Shown here: piece by piece, positions 1 through 8,232 of the stretch
How the letters are laid out: each line of letters opens with the position of its first letter
How positions within the stretch are numbered: position 1 is the stretch's first letter
From: Candidatus Omnitrophota bacterium
GTDB lineage: Bacteria; Omnitrophota; Gorgyraeia; 2-02-FULL-51-18
Assembly (NCBI GenBank): GCA_016197155.1
Contig: JACPWF010000006.1
Span: 9,511 to 73,510, forward strand
Length of the DNA: 64,000 nucleotides
Direction: 5' to 3'
Notes under the pieces: model-generated
Seen by the model: the letters and a program-made list of their open reading frames with translations, nothing else
The model's database searches: none
Told to the model about the DNA's origin: nothing
Program-made: the position numbers and the translations under genes

Positions 1-951
1 CCAGCGGTGAGGGTGGGCGGATTTCAGGATCACGGCGATTTCCTCAAGCGCGGCCTTCCAGTCAAAGGGCGCGGTGTTTCCGTTCAAATTCGTTTTGAGC
101 GTCTTGAGGCGCCCAAAATCGACCGGCTTGTAGCCGTAGCGGCCCTCGTCGCAGATCCACCACTTGTTCACCTCGGGGTTTTCGCGGGGCTTGAGACGCA
201 TGATCCGCTCTTCTTTCAGATGATAGGGGCGCGATTTTTCGTATTCAATGGAAATATTACAGCCGCGCGAACAGCCCGGGCACACCGACGCCTGCGAGCC
301 CAGATACCACACGCGCATCTTGAAACGAAAATCGCGGTCGGTGAGCGCGCCCACCGGGCAGATGTCGGCGACGTTGCCAGAATATTTGTTGTCGAGCGTT
401 TTGCCGGGATAGATGTCGAGCTCCGAATGGTCGCCGCGGTTAAAAACCCCGAAGTCGTGGGTCTTGGTGACTTCGTCCGCGAAGCGCACACAGCGCGTGC
501 ACAAAATACAGCGCTCCTGGTCAAGCATGATCGTGGGCCCGATCGCGAAGGCCTTTTTCGTTTTCTTCACCTTCACGTCGTCAAATTTCGGGTCGTACAG
601 GCCGACCTGCATGTAGTAATCCTGGAGTTTGCACTCCCCCGACTGGTCGCACACGGGGCAGTCGAGCGGGTGGTTCGCGAGCAGAAATTCCAGAACGACG
701 GCCTGCGACTCCTTGGCCTTTTGCGACTGGGTGTGAATGACCATGCCCTCGGCGACGCGCGTGTTGCAGGCAATCACGGTGCGCGGCATCTTCTCGACCT
801 CGACCTGGCAAATCCTGCAGTTGCCGGCGATGGACAGCGCGGGGTGATAGCAGTAGCGTGGCAATTCGATCTTGGCCTCGTCAATCGCCTCGATGATCGT
901 GATGCCGTCCTTGACCGCGTAAGGTTTGCCGTCAATCGTGATGTTAGCCAT
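1..951 (-). CDS. nuoG: NADH-quinone oxidoreductase subunit G (75 kDa), N-terminal part; the gene runs off the window start
   Basis: Reverse translation from ATG at 951-949 gives MANITIDGKPYAVKDGITIIEAIDEAKIELPRYCYHPALSIAGNCRICQVEV..., with the 2Fe-2S and 4Fe-4S Cys motifs typical of NuoG. It directly follows nuoF with an 8-bp overlap. The plus-strand ORF 7..1005 is its antisense artefact. Confidence 0.85.
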   Translation of the reverse strand, partial: MANITIDGKPYAVKDGITIIEAIDEAKIELPRYCYHPALSIAGNCRICQVEVEKMPRTVIACNTRVAEGMVIHTQSQKAKESQAVVLEFLLANHPLDCPVCDQSGECKLQDYYMQVGLYDPKFDDVKVKKTKKAFAIGPTIMLDQERCILCTRCVRFADEVTKTHDFGVFNRGDHSELDIYPGKTLDNKYSGNVADICPVGALTDRDFRFKMRVWYLGSQASVCPGCSRGCNISIEYEKSRPYHLKEERIMRLKPRENPEVNKWWICDEGRYGYKPVDFGRLKTLKTNLNGNTAPFDWKAALEEIAVILKSAHPHRW

Positions 952-2218
952 GAACTGCCCCGGCTTTTTTATGATTCAAAATATAATTTTCAAATTCTTT
1001 TCTAAATTTCGTGATGTAACTCTGAATCGGCCAGGCCGCCGCGTCGGCGAATACGCAAATCGTGCGGCCTTCCATGTTTCGCGCGACCTTTAAAAGCGTG
1101 TCCAGGTCCCTCAAATCCCCCTCGCCGCTGTAAATGCGCTGAACCACTTTGTAGGCCCAGCCCGTGCCCTCGCGGCAAGGCGAGCACTGGCCGCAGGACT
1201 CGTGCGCGAAAAATTTCGCGGCCACGAGCAGCATCTTCACCATGCACGTCGTCTCGTCCATCACCATCACGCCGGCCGAGCCGAGCATGGTCCCGGCGGC
1301 CTTGAGGCCGTCGTAATCCATTTTCACGTCGATCTCGCCGGCGGTCAGAATTTTCGCGGAAATGCCTCCCGGAATCACGGCCTTGAGGGCGCGGTCATTC
1401 CGGATCCCGCCCGCGTGCGTGTAAATCATCTGGCGAAGCGGGGTCCCCATCGGCAGTTCGTACACGCCCGGCTTTTTCACGTGGCCGGAGACGCTGAATA
1501 GATGCGTGCCCCCGTTTCCGGGCGAGCCGAGATTCGCGAACCACTCGGCGCCGTTTTTTAAAATGTGCGGCACGCAGGCCAGGGTCTCAACATTATTGAT
1601 GATGGTCGGGCATCCGAAAAGCCCCACGATCGCCGGAAAAGGCGGTTTCAGGCGCGGAAAACCCTTCCCGCCCTCAAGCGAATTAAGCAGCGCCGTTTCC
1701 TCCCCGCAGATGTAGGCGCCCGCGCCCCGGTGAACGACCAGGTCCAGATCCCATCCCGACCCAAAAATATTTTTCCCGAGAAAATTTTCCGCGTACGCCT
1801 CGTCGAGGGCGGCCTTTAAATTTTGATAAGGCTCGACGTATTCGCCGCGGATGTAAATGTAGGCCTTGTGCGAACGGATCGCGAACGCGCTGAGGACGAT
1901 GCCCTCGATCAATTGATGCGGGTCGCGTTCCAAAATATAGCGGTCCTTAAACGTGCCGGGCTCTCCCTCATCCGCATTCACGACGAGATAAACCGGTTTT
2001 GGATTATCCTTGGGCAAAAACTGCCATTTTTTTCCCGTCGGGAATCCCGCGCCGCCCAGGCCCCGCAGGTTTGACGCGGTCACGGTCTGCACGATCTCCT
2101 CCGGCTTCATCGCCAGGAGGACTTTTCGCGCGGTTTCGTAGGCGCCGCGCGGCCCGGCGACGGAAAGTTTCCAGGCATTCGGGACGTTGAAATTGCGGGA
2201 GAGGATGGGCTCTGTCAT
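944..2218 (-). CDS. nuoF: NADH-quinone oxidoreductase subunit F (51 kDa, NADH/FMN-binding)
   Basis: 424 aa. GAGAYICGEETALLNSLEG, the ESCGQCSPCREG 4Fe-4S motif and the GGAGFPTGKKW FMN site are all present. Confidence 0.95.
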   Translation of the reverse strand: MTEPILSRNFNVPNAWKLSVAGPRGAYETARKVLLAMKPEEIVQTVTASNLRGLGGAGFPTGKKWQFLPKDNPKPVYLVVNADEGEPGTFKDRYILERDPHQLIEGIVLSAFAIRSHKAYIYIRGEYVEPYQNLKAALDEAYAENFLGKNIFGSGWDLDLVVHRGAGAYICGEETALLNSLEGGKGFPRLKPPFPAIVGLFGCPTIINNVETLACVPHILKNGAEWFANLGSPGNGGTHLFSVSGHVKKPGVYELPMGTPLRQMIYTHAGGIRNDRALKAVIPGGISAKILTAGEIDVKMDYDGLKAAGTMLGSAGVMVMDETTCMVKMLLVAAKFFAHESCGQCSPCREGTGWAYKVVQRIYSGEGDLRDLDTLLKVARNMEGRTICVFADAAAWPIQSYITKFRKEFENYILNHKKAGAVHG

Positions 2219-2682
2219 TTCAATTTCTCTAAAATTTCATCCACTTTTTTCTCGGTCAGATCGCCGTAATATTTTCCGTCCACCTGCATCATCGGCGCCA
2301 TCTCGCACGCGCACAGGCACTCGGCCTCCTCGAGCGAGACCTTCCCGTCCGCCGACACGGCGCCGTTTTCGATCTGAAGTTTCTTTTTCAAATAGCCCAA
2401 AACTTTTTCGGAACCCATGAGCACGCAGGACGTCGTCGTGCAAAAACGGATGTGGTGCCGCCCCGCCGGCCTTTGGCGGTACATGGAATAAAACAGGACG
2501 ACCTCGCGCACGCGCACCACGGGCACGTCGGTCCATTTGGAAACCCAGGCCTCGACCTCCGGCGTCACACAACCGACTTTATCCTGCGCCAAATGCAAAA
2601 GCGGGAGTGTCGCGGCGCGTTTCTGGTCATACTTGGCCAAAATTTTTTGGGCTTCCGGATCTAGACTTGCTAATTCACCCAT
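2215..2682 (-). CDS. nuoE: NADH-quinone oxidoreductase subunit E (24 kDa, 2Fe-2S)
   Basis: 155 aa. The CTTTSCVLMGSEKV and AECLCACEMAPMMQVDG motifs are typical of NuoE. It overlaps the nuoF start by 4 bp. Confidence 0.93.
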   Translation of the reverse strand: MGELASLDPEAQKILAKYDQKRAATLPLLHLAQDKVGCVTPEVEAWVSKWTDVPVVRVREVVLFYSMYRQRPAGRHHIRFCTTTSCVLMGSEKVLGYLKKKLQIENGAVSADGKVSLEEAECLCACEMAPMMQVDGKYYGDLTEKKVDEILEKLK

Positions 2683-2696
2683 CCATTTCTCTCAAT

Positions 2697-2924
2697 CTAT
2701 AACTTTTTGTAGACATCCCCACGTGGAAAAATGGCCACGACCGCTATTTCCTCTTTGTCCTCGTGAATCTCATAAACAACCCTTAAACCCCCTACTTGAT
2801 AACGGTACAAATTCTCATAACCTTTTAACTTTTTCGTTCTTAAAAAATCCCGGGGGTTCTCTTCCAAACGAACGAAACAGGCCTTGAGGGCTAGTGTATT
2901 TAGCCACGCCTCACGGAACGCCAC
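2697..2924 (-). CDS. RelE/ParE-family type II toxin
   Basis: 75 aa. The C-terminal GYENLYRYQVGGLRVVYEIHEDKEEIAVVAIFPRGDVYKKL matches the RelE/ParE fold signature (YR..VG.YR..Y.....V.VL.I.HRKDVYK). It sits immediately downstream of an RHH antitoxin gene. Confidence 0.75.
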   Translation of the reverse strand: MAFREAWLNTLALKACFVRLEENPRDFLRTKKLKGYENLYRYQVGGLRVVYEIHEDKEEIAVVAIFPRGDVYKKL

Positions 2925-3130
2925 GGAACCCCTTTGCCTCGCCTGTACTCGGATCTTCCTTTTTCCACAAGATGGGCTTCGCTCTTGGACAATTCACCGC
3001 CCAACTTATCCAAAATGGACTCCCGGATAACTCCCGACACGGACTTATATTCGACTCTGGCGAACCTTTTAAGCTCCTGATAGATCTTTTCCGGTAAATT
3101 CACCAGAATTCTTTTGGTCATCACGCTCAT
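2900..3130 (-). CDS. Ribbon-helix-helix (CopG-like) antitoxin
   Basis: 76 aa with an N-terminal KRILVNLPEKIYQELKRFA RHH motif. It overlaps the toxin gene. An AT-rich operator-like inverted repeat lies upstream. Confidence 0.7.
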   Translation of the reverse strand: MSVMTKRILVNLPEKIYQELKRFARVEYKSVSGVIRESILDKLGGELSKSEAHLVEKGRSEYRRGKGVPWRSVRRG

Positions 3131-3167
3131 CGGACGGCCCTCACTTTTTCATTTTATATCAAAAGTA

Positions 3168-3187
3168 TATCATATAGATATATTATT
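3168..3187 (-). promoter_or_regulatory. Inverted repeat TATATC-N5-GATATA overlapping an extended -10 (TGATATAAA on the minus strand); likely autoregulatory operator and promoter of the RHH/RelE module
   Basis: AT-rich island in GC-rich DNA immediately upstream of the antitoxin start. The minus strand reads ...TTTTGATATAAAATGAAAAAGTGAGGGCCGTCCGATG, with a GAGGG Shine-Dalgarno. Confidence 0.4.
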
Positions 3188-3212
3188 GCAGGGTTCGGGT
3201 TTGCCACTGCCT

Positions 3213-4565
3213 CTATCGATCCAGCTCCCCCCCGATCATATTCACAGAACCAAAAGTCGGCACGATGTCGGCCACCATGTCGCCGACGAGAATTTTTTCG
3301 AGCGCGGCCATGATCGGAAAACACGGCGGGCGCACGCGCACGCGGTACGGCCGGTCACTGCCGTCCGACACGACGTAAAACCCCAGCTCCCCGTTGGCGC
3401 CCTCGACGGGAAAATACGCCTCGCCCTTCGGAGGACACAGGCCGTGGCCGTGCATCACCAGTTTAAAATGATTCATCAGGCCTTCGATGTTGCCGTACGT
3501 GTCTTCCTTGGCCGGTAGGGCCACTTTTTTGTCCTTCGAATAAACATCGTCATGGTGGCGCCGCGTCGTCCCCTCAAGCGTCGGGTCAAGGTCCACCTCG
3601 ACTTCGTGAAAACCCTTGGTCCTGCCCATTTTCGCCGCGTCGACCATCTCCGCCGCCGACAGCACGCGCCCGAAATCGCCCACCGACACTTCGCCCTTGG
3701 GCATGTCCTTCAAAGCGCGCTCGACAATGCGGATGCTCTGCTCCATCTCTTCCATCCGCACGTAATAACGGTCGAGATTGTCCCCGTGCTCGCCCACCGG
3801 CACATCAAAATCGATGCGGTCATAAACGAGGTACGGGCGCGCCTTCCGGACGTCGTAATCGATCCCCGTCGAACGCAAAAACGGCCCCGTGAGGCCGTAG
3901 GCGGTCGCGTCCTCTTTTGAAATGACGCCCGTGTCCTTCAGGCGGTCAACGAAAATCCGGTTCGTATCCAAAAGCCCTTTGACTTCTTTCAACACCTTAC
4001 GGGTCTCGCTCAGCGCCGCGCGGCATTTTTCCTCAAAACCCTCCGGCAGGTCGGATTTCAAACCGCCGACGCGCGCGTAAGAAATCGTGAGACGCGCGCC
4101 CGTGACGCTTTCGATGAGTTCGTACAGAAATTCCCTGGCCTTGATCATGTAAAGGAAAACCGTGAACGCCCCCAGCTCCATCGCGGAGGCGCCGATGCAG
4201 GTGAGGTGATCGGTGACGCGCGAGAGCTCGCTCATCACCACGCGGATGTATTGACAGCGGTCGGTCGTCTCGAGGCCCATCAATTTTTCGACGGCCAGGC
4301 ACCAGCCGATGTTGTTGATGAGCGGCGACACGTAATTCAGGCGGTCGGTGTAGGGAATGGCGTTGTTGTACGGGCCCTGCTCGCACATTTTCTCGAACGC
4401 GCGGTGGAGATACCCGATCTCGACGTCGGCGCCCAGCACCGTTTCGCCGTCAAGTTTGGCCGTGATGTGCACGATCCCGTGCATCGCCGGATGCTGAGGC
4501 CCGACGTTGAGGAGCATGGGACGGGTTTCTTTAACTTTTAAATTAGGAGAAACAGGCTTGCCCAT
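3213..4565 (-). CDS. nuoD: NADH-quinone oxidoreductase subunit D (49 kDa)
   Basis: 450 aa with NVGPQHPAMHGIV and the C-terminal RVRPPCFPIMAAL typical of NuoD. A TAAGGA Shine-Dalgarno precedes the ATG. Confidence 0.95.
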   Translation of the reverse strand: MGKPVSPNLKVKETRPMLLNVGPQHPAMHGIVHITAKLDGETVLGADVEIGYLHRAFEKMCEQGPYNNAIPYTDRLNYVSPLINNIGWCLAVEKLMGLETTDRCQYIRVVMSELSRVTDHLTCIGASAMELGAFTVFLYMIKAREFLYELIESVTGARLTISYARVGGLKSDLPEGFEEKCRAALSETRKVLKEVKGLLDTNRIFVDRLKDTGVISKEDATAYGLTGPFLRSTGIDYDVRKARPYLVYDRIDFDVPVGEHGDNLDRYYVRMEEMEQSIRIVERALKDMPKGEVSVGDFGRVLSAAEMVDAAKMGRTKGFHEVEVDLDPTLEGTTRRHHDDVYSKDKKVALPAKEDTYGNIEGLMNHFKLVMHGHGLCPPKGEAYFPVEGANGELGFYVVSDGSDRPYRVRVRPPCFPIMAALEKILVGDMVADIVPTFGSVNMIGGELDR

Positions 4566-4590
4566 TCAAAAATCCTTAAAAAAATGAAAC

Positions 4591-5583
4591 TCAATCGGAC
4601 GAACGCGTGATCTGCCTCAGGATCGCTTCTTTCAAGCGCGGATTGTCCGTCAGGCTCATCGCCTTCGTGTAAAATTCGGCGGCCTTGGCGAGTTCTTTTT
4701 GTTTCTCGTAGGCCATCGCCAGACTCAGGCACGCCTTGTAAAAATCGGGTTTCAGGGAAACGCTTTTTTCGTAGCACTCGATCGCCTTGGAATAATCATT
4801 CTCCTTGGCGTAGGCCGCGCCCAGATCGTACCACGCGACTTCGTCGTTCGGCGCGATTTCCGCGGCGCGCATCAGGGAATCGACGGCCTTTTGGTTCTCG
4901 CCGCGCTCCTGAAAAACATAGGCGAGGTTCGAATACGCGAAGACATTTTTGGGATCGGCCTGGATCGCCTTTTCGTAGGCGCCTTGAGCATTTTTCAAAT
5001 CATTCTGGCGGCTGTACAGATTTCCGAGCGAGAGATAGACGTCCGAATTTTGCGGATCGAGCCTGGCGGCCTGCCGGTACGCGTCGGCGGCCTTCACCGG
5101 CTCCCCCGCCCCCTCGTACGCCAGTCCCAGCGCGTGGCGGGCCTTCGAACTTTTCGGATCGGCCTTCACCGCTTTCTCGGCGAATGAAAGGGCCTGGTCA
5201 AAATCCTCTTTCTCCGCGTAGACAAGCGAGAGATTGAGAAACGTCTCGCCGTTCTCGGGATCAAGCTCCGCGGCCTTTTTGAGACTCGCCGCCGATTTGT
5301 CCCAGTTTTTTTGTTCGGCATAATTGACGCCCAGGCTCAGGTAGGCGGCGGCGTTCGCCGGATTCTCCGCGACCTCTTTCTCGTAAAGTTTTGTCGACTC
5401 CTCGAGGCTCCCCCGGCTGTAGGCCCTGTCGGCTTGTTCCAAAAACCCGGACCGGCTGGCCTCGGACGCGAGGGACAGATGACAGAAGACAGACGACAGA
5501 AGACAGACGACAGCGGTCAGCAGACAGGAGAAAAAGATCGAAAAAAAACAGGCTTTATTCTTTTTCCACTTTCCACTTTCCAC
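4591..5583 (-). CDS. TPR-repeat protein with N-terminal signal/TM segment, inserted between nuoC and nuoD
   Basis: 330 aa from a GTG start with a GGAGAG Shine-Dalgarno. It has a hydrophobic N-terminus followed by about 8 TPR units (AYLSLGVNYAEQKNWDKS..., TFLNLSLVYAEKEDFDQA..., VYLSLGNLYSRQNDLKNA...). Confidence 0.8.
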   Translation of the reverse strand: MESGKWKKNKACFFSIFFSCLLTAVVCLLSSVFCHLSLASEASRSGFLEQADRAYSRGSLEESTKLYEKEVAENPANAAAYLSLGVNYAEQKNWDKSAASLKKAAELDPENGETFLNLSLVYAEKEDFDQALSFAEKAVKADPKSSKARHALGLAYEGAGEPVKAADAYRQAARLDPQNSDVYLSLGNLYSRQNDLKNAQGAYEKAIQADPKNVFAYSNLAYVFQERGENQKAVDSLMRAAEIAPNDEVAWYDLGAAYAKENDYSKAIECYEKSVSLKPDFYKACLSLAMAYEKQKELAKAAEFYTKAMSLTDNPRLKEAILRQITRSSD

Positions 5584-5599
5584 TTTCCACTCTCCGTTT

Positions 5600-6082
5600 T
5601 TAATTTAAAGGCCCAATGATCGGCTGACGCTCGTTGTAGCGGTAGTCCTTCCTCAAAGGATGCCCCTTAAAACTTTCGTACATCAGGATCCGCTTCAGGT
5701 TCGGGTGGCCGCTAAAGCGGATGCCGAACATGTCCCACGCCTCGCGCTCGTACCAGTCGGCGGCCGGCCACACGCCCGCCACCGAGTCGAGCGTCGGGTC
5801 TGTTTCGCGCACCTGAACTTTTATGAACAGGCGGTGTTTTTTTGTGAGCGAATACAGATTGTAAATAATTTCAAAGCGTTTTTCTTTTTCTTCCCAAAAT
5901 AAATAATCGACGGCGAAAAGGTCCATCAAGAGGTCGAAGGAAAATTCCGAATCCGCGCGGAGGGCGGCCATGAAATTTTTGACGGATTCTTTTTTGGCAA
6001 TGACAACCGGCTCGCCGGCGTTTGACGCCAGGTCCGAGACCATCGCGGAATATTTTTGTCGGACTTTTTCGGCGAGGTTCAC
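5600..6082 (-). CDS. nuoC: NADH-quinone oxidoreductase subunit C (30 kDa)
   Basis: The C-terminal 160 aa ([18 protein letters not shown]...[19 protein letters not shown]) are NuoC-like. The listed ORF is over-extended into nuoB. The start is taken as the GTG overlapping the nuoB stop (GTGA); an alternative ATG lies at 6043. Confidence 0.8.
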   Translation of the reverse strand: MNLAEKVRQKYSAMVSDLASNAGEPVVIAKKESVKNFMAALRADSEFSFDLLMDLFAVDYLFWEEKEKRFEIIYNLYSLTKKHRLFIKVQVRETDPTLDSVAGVWPAADWYEREAWDMFGIRFSGHPNLKRILMYESFKGHPLRKDYRYNERQPIIGPLN

Positions 6083-6552
6083 ACTTCCTGCTTCTGATTT
6101 TGAATTTTGTCCTGCAGTTTCATGAGGCCGTCCAGCACGTTCTCCGGGCGCGGCGGGCATCCGGGAATGTACACGTCGACGGGAATGATCGTGTCGATGC
6201 CCATCACGGTGGCGTAGTTGTCGTAAAACCCGCCCGTGCACGTGCACACGCCGAACGCCACGACCCACTTGGGCTCGCACATCTGGTCGTACACGCGCTT
6301 CAAAACCGGCGCCATCTTGTGGCTGATCGTGCCCACGACAAACAGCACGTCCGCCTGGCGCGGAGAAAAACGCGGGAAACCCGCGCCGAAACGGTCGACG
6401 TCGTAATGCGCGCAGGCCGTGGCCATGTATTCCATCCCACAACAGGCGGTGACAAAAGGATACTGGAAAATGGAAAACTTGCGCGCCCAGCCGATGGCGT
6501 CGTTTAGCTTCGTCGTCATGAAACTGAATTTGTCGACCGTCACCGCTCCCAT
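6079..6552 (-). CDS. nuoB: NADH-quinone oxidoreductase subunit B (20 kDa, 4Fe-4S N2)
   Basis: The ACCGMEYMA, GxCTCTGG and IPGCPPRPE motifs are present. The start is trimmed to MGAVTVDKF... (an AAGGGGG Shine-Dalgarno precedes it); the ORF's upstream extension overlaps nuoA. Confidence 0.88.
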   Translation of the reverse strand: MGAVTVDKFSFMTTKLNDAIGWARKFSIFQYPFVTACCGMEYMATACAHYDVDRFGAGFPRFSPRQADVLFVVGTISHKMAPVLKRVYDQMCEPKWVVAFGVCTCTGGFYDNYATVMGIDTIIPVDVYIPGCPPRPENVLDGLMKLQDKIQNQKQEV

Positions 6553-6908
6553 TCGAGCGCCCCCTTCTTCCACGCGTACGCGAACCCGAGCGCCAGAAAC
6601 GCCAAAAAGGTGAACATCTCCGCGATCCCCGCCCACCCGAGGCTCCTCAGGATCACCGCCCACGGGAAAAGCCAGACGATTTCCACGTCGAACAAAATGA
6701 AGAGCATCGCCAAAAGATAAAATTTGACCGACAGGCGCGTGCCGCCTTCCGAGGCCTTGGGCAGGCCGCATTCGAACGGCTCGGCCTTTTCGGGGGTGCG
6801 TTTATTTTTCGGCCCGAGAATTTTATTGAGAAACAGAATGAGCCCCGCGATGCCCGCCGCGATGAGGAACGTGGCCAGCACGCCCAGGGTTTCGACCGAT
6901 GAATTCAT
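6540..6908 (-). CDS. nuoA: NADH-quinone oxidoreductase subunit A
   Basis: Three-TM protein ([27 protein letters not shown]...) with a FECG and [11 protein letters not shown] pattern typical of NuoA. The start is trimmed to MNSS. Confidence 0.82.
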   Translation of the reverse strand: MNSSVETLGVLATFLIAAGIAGLILFLNKILGPKNKRTPEKAEPFECGLPKASEGGTRLSVKFYLLAMLFILFDVEIVWLFPWAVILRSLGWAGIAEMFTFLAFLALGFAYAWKKGALEWER

Positions 6909-6984
6909 GCGCCCATTATAACCAGATAAAGGGTAATGTGACAAGCCCGACGCTAGGGGTGGGGGCATGAGGCGTGCCGGAGGC

Positions 6985-7170
6985 TTAGAGATTTTCGAGG
7001 ATTCTCAAATATTCCTTGGTTGAGATCCCAAGAGTCTTCAAATTGCTTTTGATCTCAACCAGCTGAAGTTCTTTTGAGGCGAACACAACACACGGGCGGG
7101 AAAGATCGGCCCGGCTGTATATTTTATGATCGCCGACTTGACGGACAAGATAGCAATTCACATGAAGCAA
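6985..7170 (-). CDS. hicA: HicA-like mRNA-interferase toxin (YcfA family); start uncertain, possibly truncated
   Basis: 61 aa. VRQVGDHKIYSRADLSRPCVVFASKELQLVEIKSNLKTLGISTKEYLRILENL matches the HicA core (RQKGSHRIY.HPDG...VP.H.KELK.GTLRSILKQAGIS.EEFL..L). It overlaps the HicB ORF by 47 bp in another frame. Confidence 0.5.
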   Translation of the reverse strand: MLHVNCYLVRQVGDHKIYSRADLSRPCVVFASKELQLVEIKSNLKTLGISTKEYLRILENL

Positions 7171-7453
7171 AAGCGGGGATCTGCATCGGCTCGGTCTTTT
7201 GACCGATAATCTCGGGAGGCATGAAGGTGTTTTTAACTTTTTGCCAGCCGCAGTCCGTTAAAACTTTTTCCCATGTTCCCATCTTGGTCACTTCTTCGAT
7301 GAACAGGCGGAGAGTCGTGCGGAATGAATCAAGAGCGTCTTCAACGGAATCCCCATGAGAAGCCAGATCCAAGACGGGGGTATAGCAGACAAAAACACCC
7401 CCTTCTTTCATAAGAATCACGGGAAGGTCATATTCAACGGGCCGCTTTTTCAT
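7124..7453 (-). CDS. hicB: HicB-like antitoxin (UPF0150/HicB_lk family)
   Basis: KKRPVEYDLPVILMKEGGVFVCYTPVLDLASHGDSVEDALDSFRTTLRLFIEEV fits the HicB N-domain pattern. The start is trimmed to MKKRP, with a GAGG Shine-Dalgarno and an extended -10 (TGGTATACT) just upstream. Confidence 0.6.
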   Translation of the reverse strand: MKKRPVEYDLPVILMKEGGVFVCYTPVLDLASHGDSVEDALDSFRTTLRLFIEEVTKMGTWEKVLTDCGWQKVKNTFMPPEIIGQKTEPMQIPAFASCELLSCPSSRRS

Positions 7454-7530
7454 GGTTTTCGCCTCGGGCAAAGTATACCACACGAAGGTTAGTGATTCCA
7501 GATTTGGCGTTTCTTGAATTCTCGTATTTT

Positions 7531-7566
7531 AAGCCCACGCGGTCGTCTGCCGGAGGATTCGGAAAG
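7531..7566. repeat. Direct repeat copy 1 (36 bp; duplicated 3' end of the giant gene, including an in-frame TAA)
   Basis: aagcccacgcggtcgtctgccggaggattcggaaa is 32/36 identical to 8231-8266. Reverse translation gives FRILRQTTAWA*, against FRTLQQTAAWA* at the true giant-gene terminus. Confidence 0.8.
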
Positions 7567-7604
7567 GCCGATGCCACGAGTCACAAAATTAATATTTTAT
7601 TAAT

Positions 7605-7633
7605 TTGACAATTTCATTAAAAACAGGCATACT
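7605..7633 (+). promoter_or_regulatory. Sigma70-type promoter: TTGACA, 17-nt spacer, CATACT
   Basis: TTGACA (7605-7610), a 17-nt AT-rich spacer and CATACT (7628-7633) are followed by a GGAGAC Shine-Dalgarno and the ATG at 7654. Confidence 0.6.
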
Positions 7634-7653
7634 GGAGGCATCAGGAGACGAAA

Positions 7654-7914
7654 ATGACCACGATGCTCAAAATGAACCGTAACCGGCAAGTCAATATCCC
7701 CTCGGCTTTTGTCGCAAGGCTCAGCCTGGGCGAAGACCGGTACTTCAAAGCCGACCTTAAGGGAAACCATATCATTCTGACCCCGGTTGATCCGGTGGAG
7801 CGGGTTTTTTCCAAAGAAAGCCTTGACCTTGTCGAGGAAGTTTATGGACGGGAAAAGAAGTCGGCCAAACGGGTGACCCCGGCCTGGATCCAGAAGGCGC
7901 ATCGCCCGGCCTAA
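7654..7914 (+). CDS. AbrB/MazE/SpoVT-family antitoxin
   Basis: 86 aa. The N-terminal NRNRQVNIPSAFVARLSLGEDRYFKADLKGNHIILTPVD is a swapped-hairpin AbrB-type DNA-binding domain. The ORF ends one base before the start of the downstream toxin-like ORF. Confidence 0.7.
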   Translation: MTTMLKMNRNRQVNIPSAFVARLSLGEDRYFKADLKGNHIILTPVDPVERVFSKESLDLVEEVYGREKKSAKRVTPAWIQKAHRPA

Positions 7915-8232
7915 ATGCCCTTCGAGCTTTACTTTCTCCCCCCTTACGGGCGCTGTCTCAAGCATCTTGGAAACAAAGAAAAACGCATTGCCCGACTGGT
8001 CGTTTCCGCGCTTCTTGAATATTTCCACTCAAACTCTCCCACTGGCAACCCTTACATGATCCCTGTCGGGGGAAGGGCTTACCGTTTGGTTTTCAAAAAA
8101 CTGGACGGGGCTGTCTGGGAAGCGTACATTGAAAACCACGTTCGCGTTCTCACAAGACTCGACAAACACCGGCACTTTCTCGTCTTCGCCGGCAATCACG
8201 ATCAGGTCAGACAATTTCTAAAAGAAAATTAA
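7915..8232 (+). CDS. Putative toxin partner of the AbrB-type antitoxin (weak RelE/ParE-superfamily resemblance)
   Basis: 105 aa, immediately downstream of and translationally coupled to the antitoxin. The C-terminal AYRLVFKKLDGAVWEAYIENHVRVLTRLDKHRHFLVFAGNHDQV resembles RelE/YoeB-like cores. The family assignment is tentative. Confidence 0.45.
   Translation: MPFELYFLPPYGRCLKHLGNKEKRIARLVVSALLEYFHSNSPTGNPYMIPVGGRAYRLVFKKLDGAVWEAYIENHVRVLTRLDKHRHFLVFAGNHDQVRQFLKEN

Noticed and set aside
7-1005. 332-aa plus-strand ORF
   Set aside because: It is antisense to nuoG (the reverse strand translates into a clear NuoG N-terminus). It is Arg/Ala-rich and typical of spurious ORFs on the GC-rich opposite strand.
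7600-8028. 142-aa minus-strand ORF
   Set aside because: It lies antisense to the promoter-led AbrB-antitoxin/toxin pair on the plus strand. It has no ribosome-binding site and no recognisable motif.
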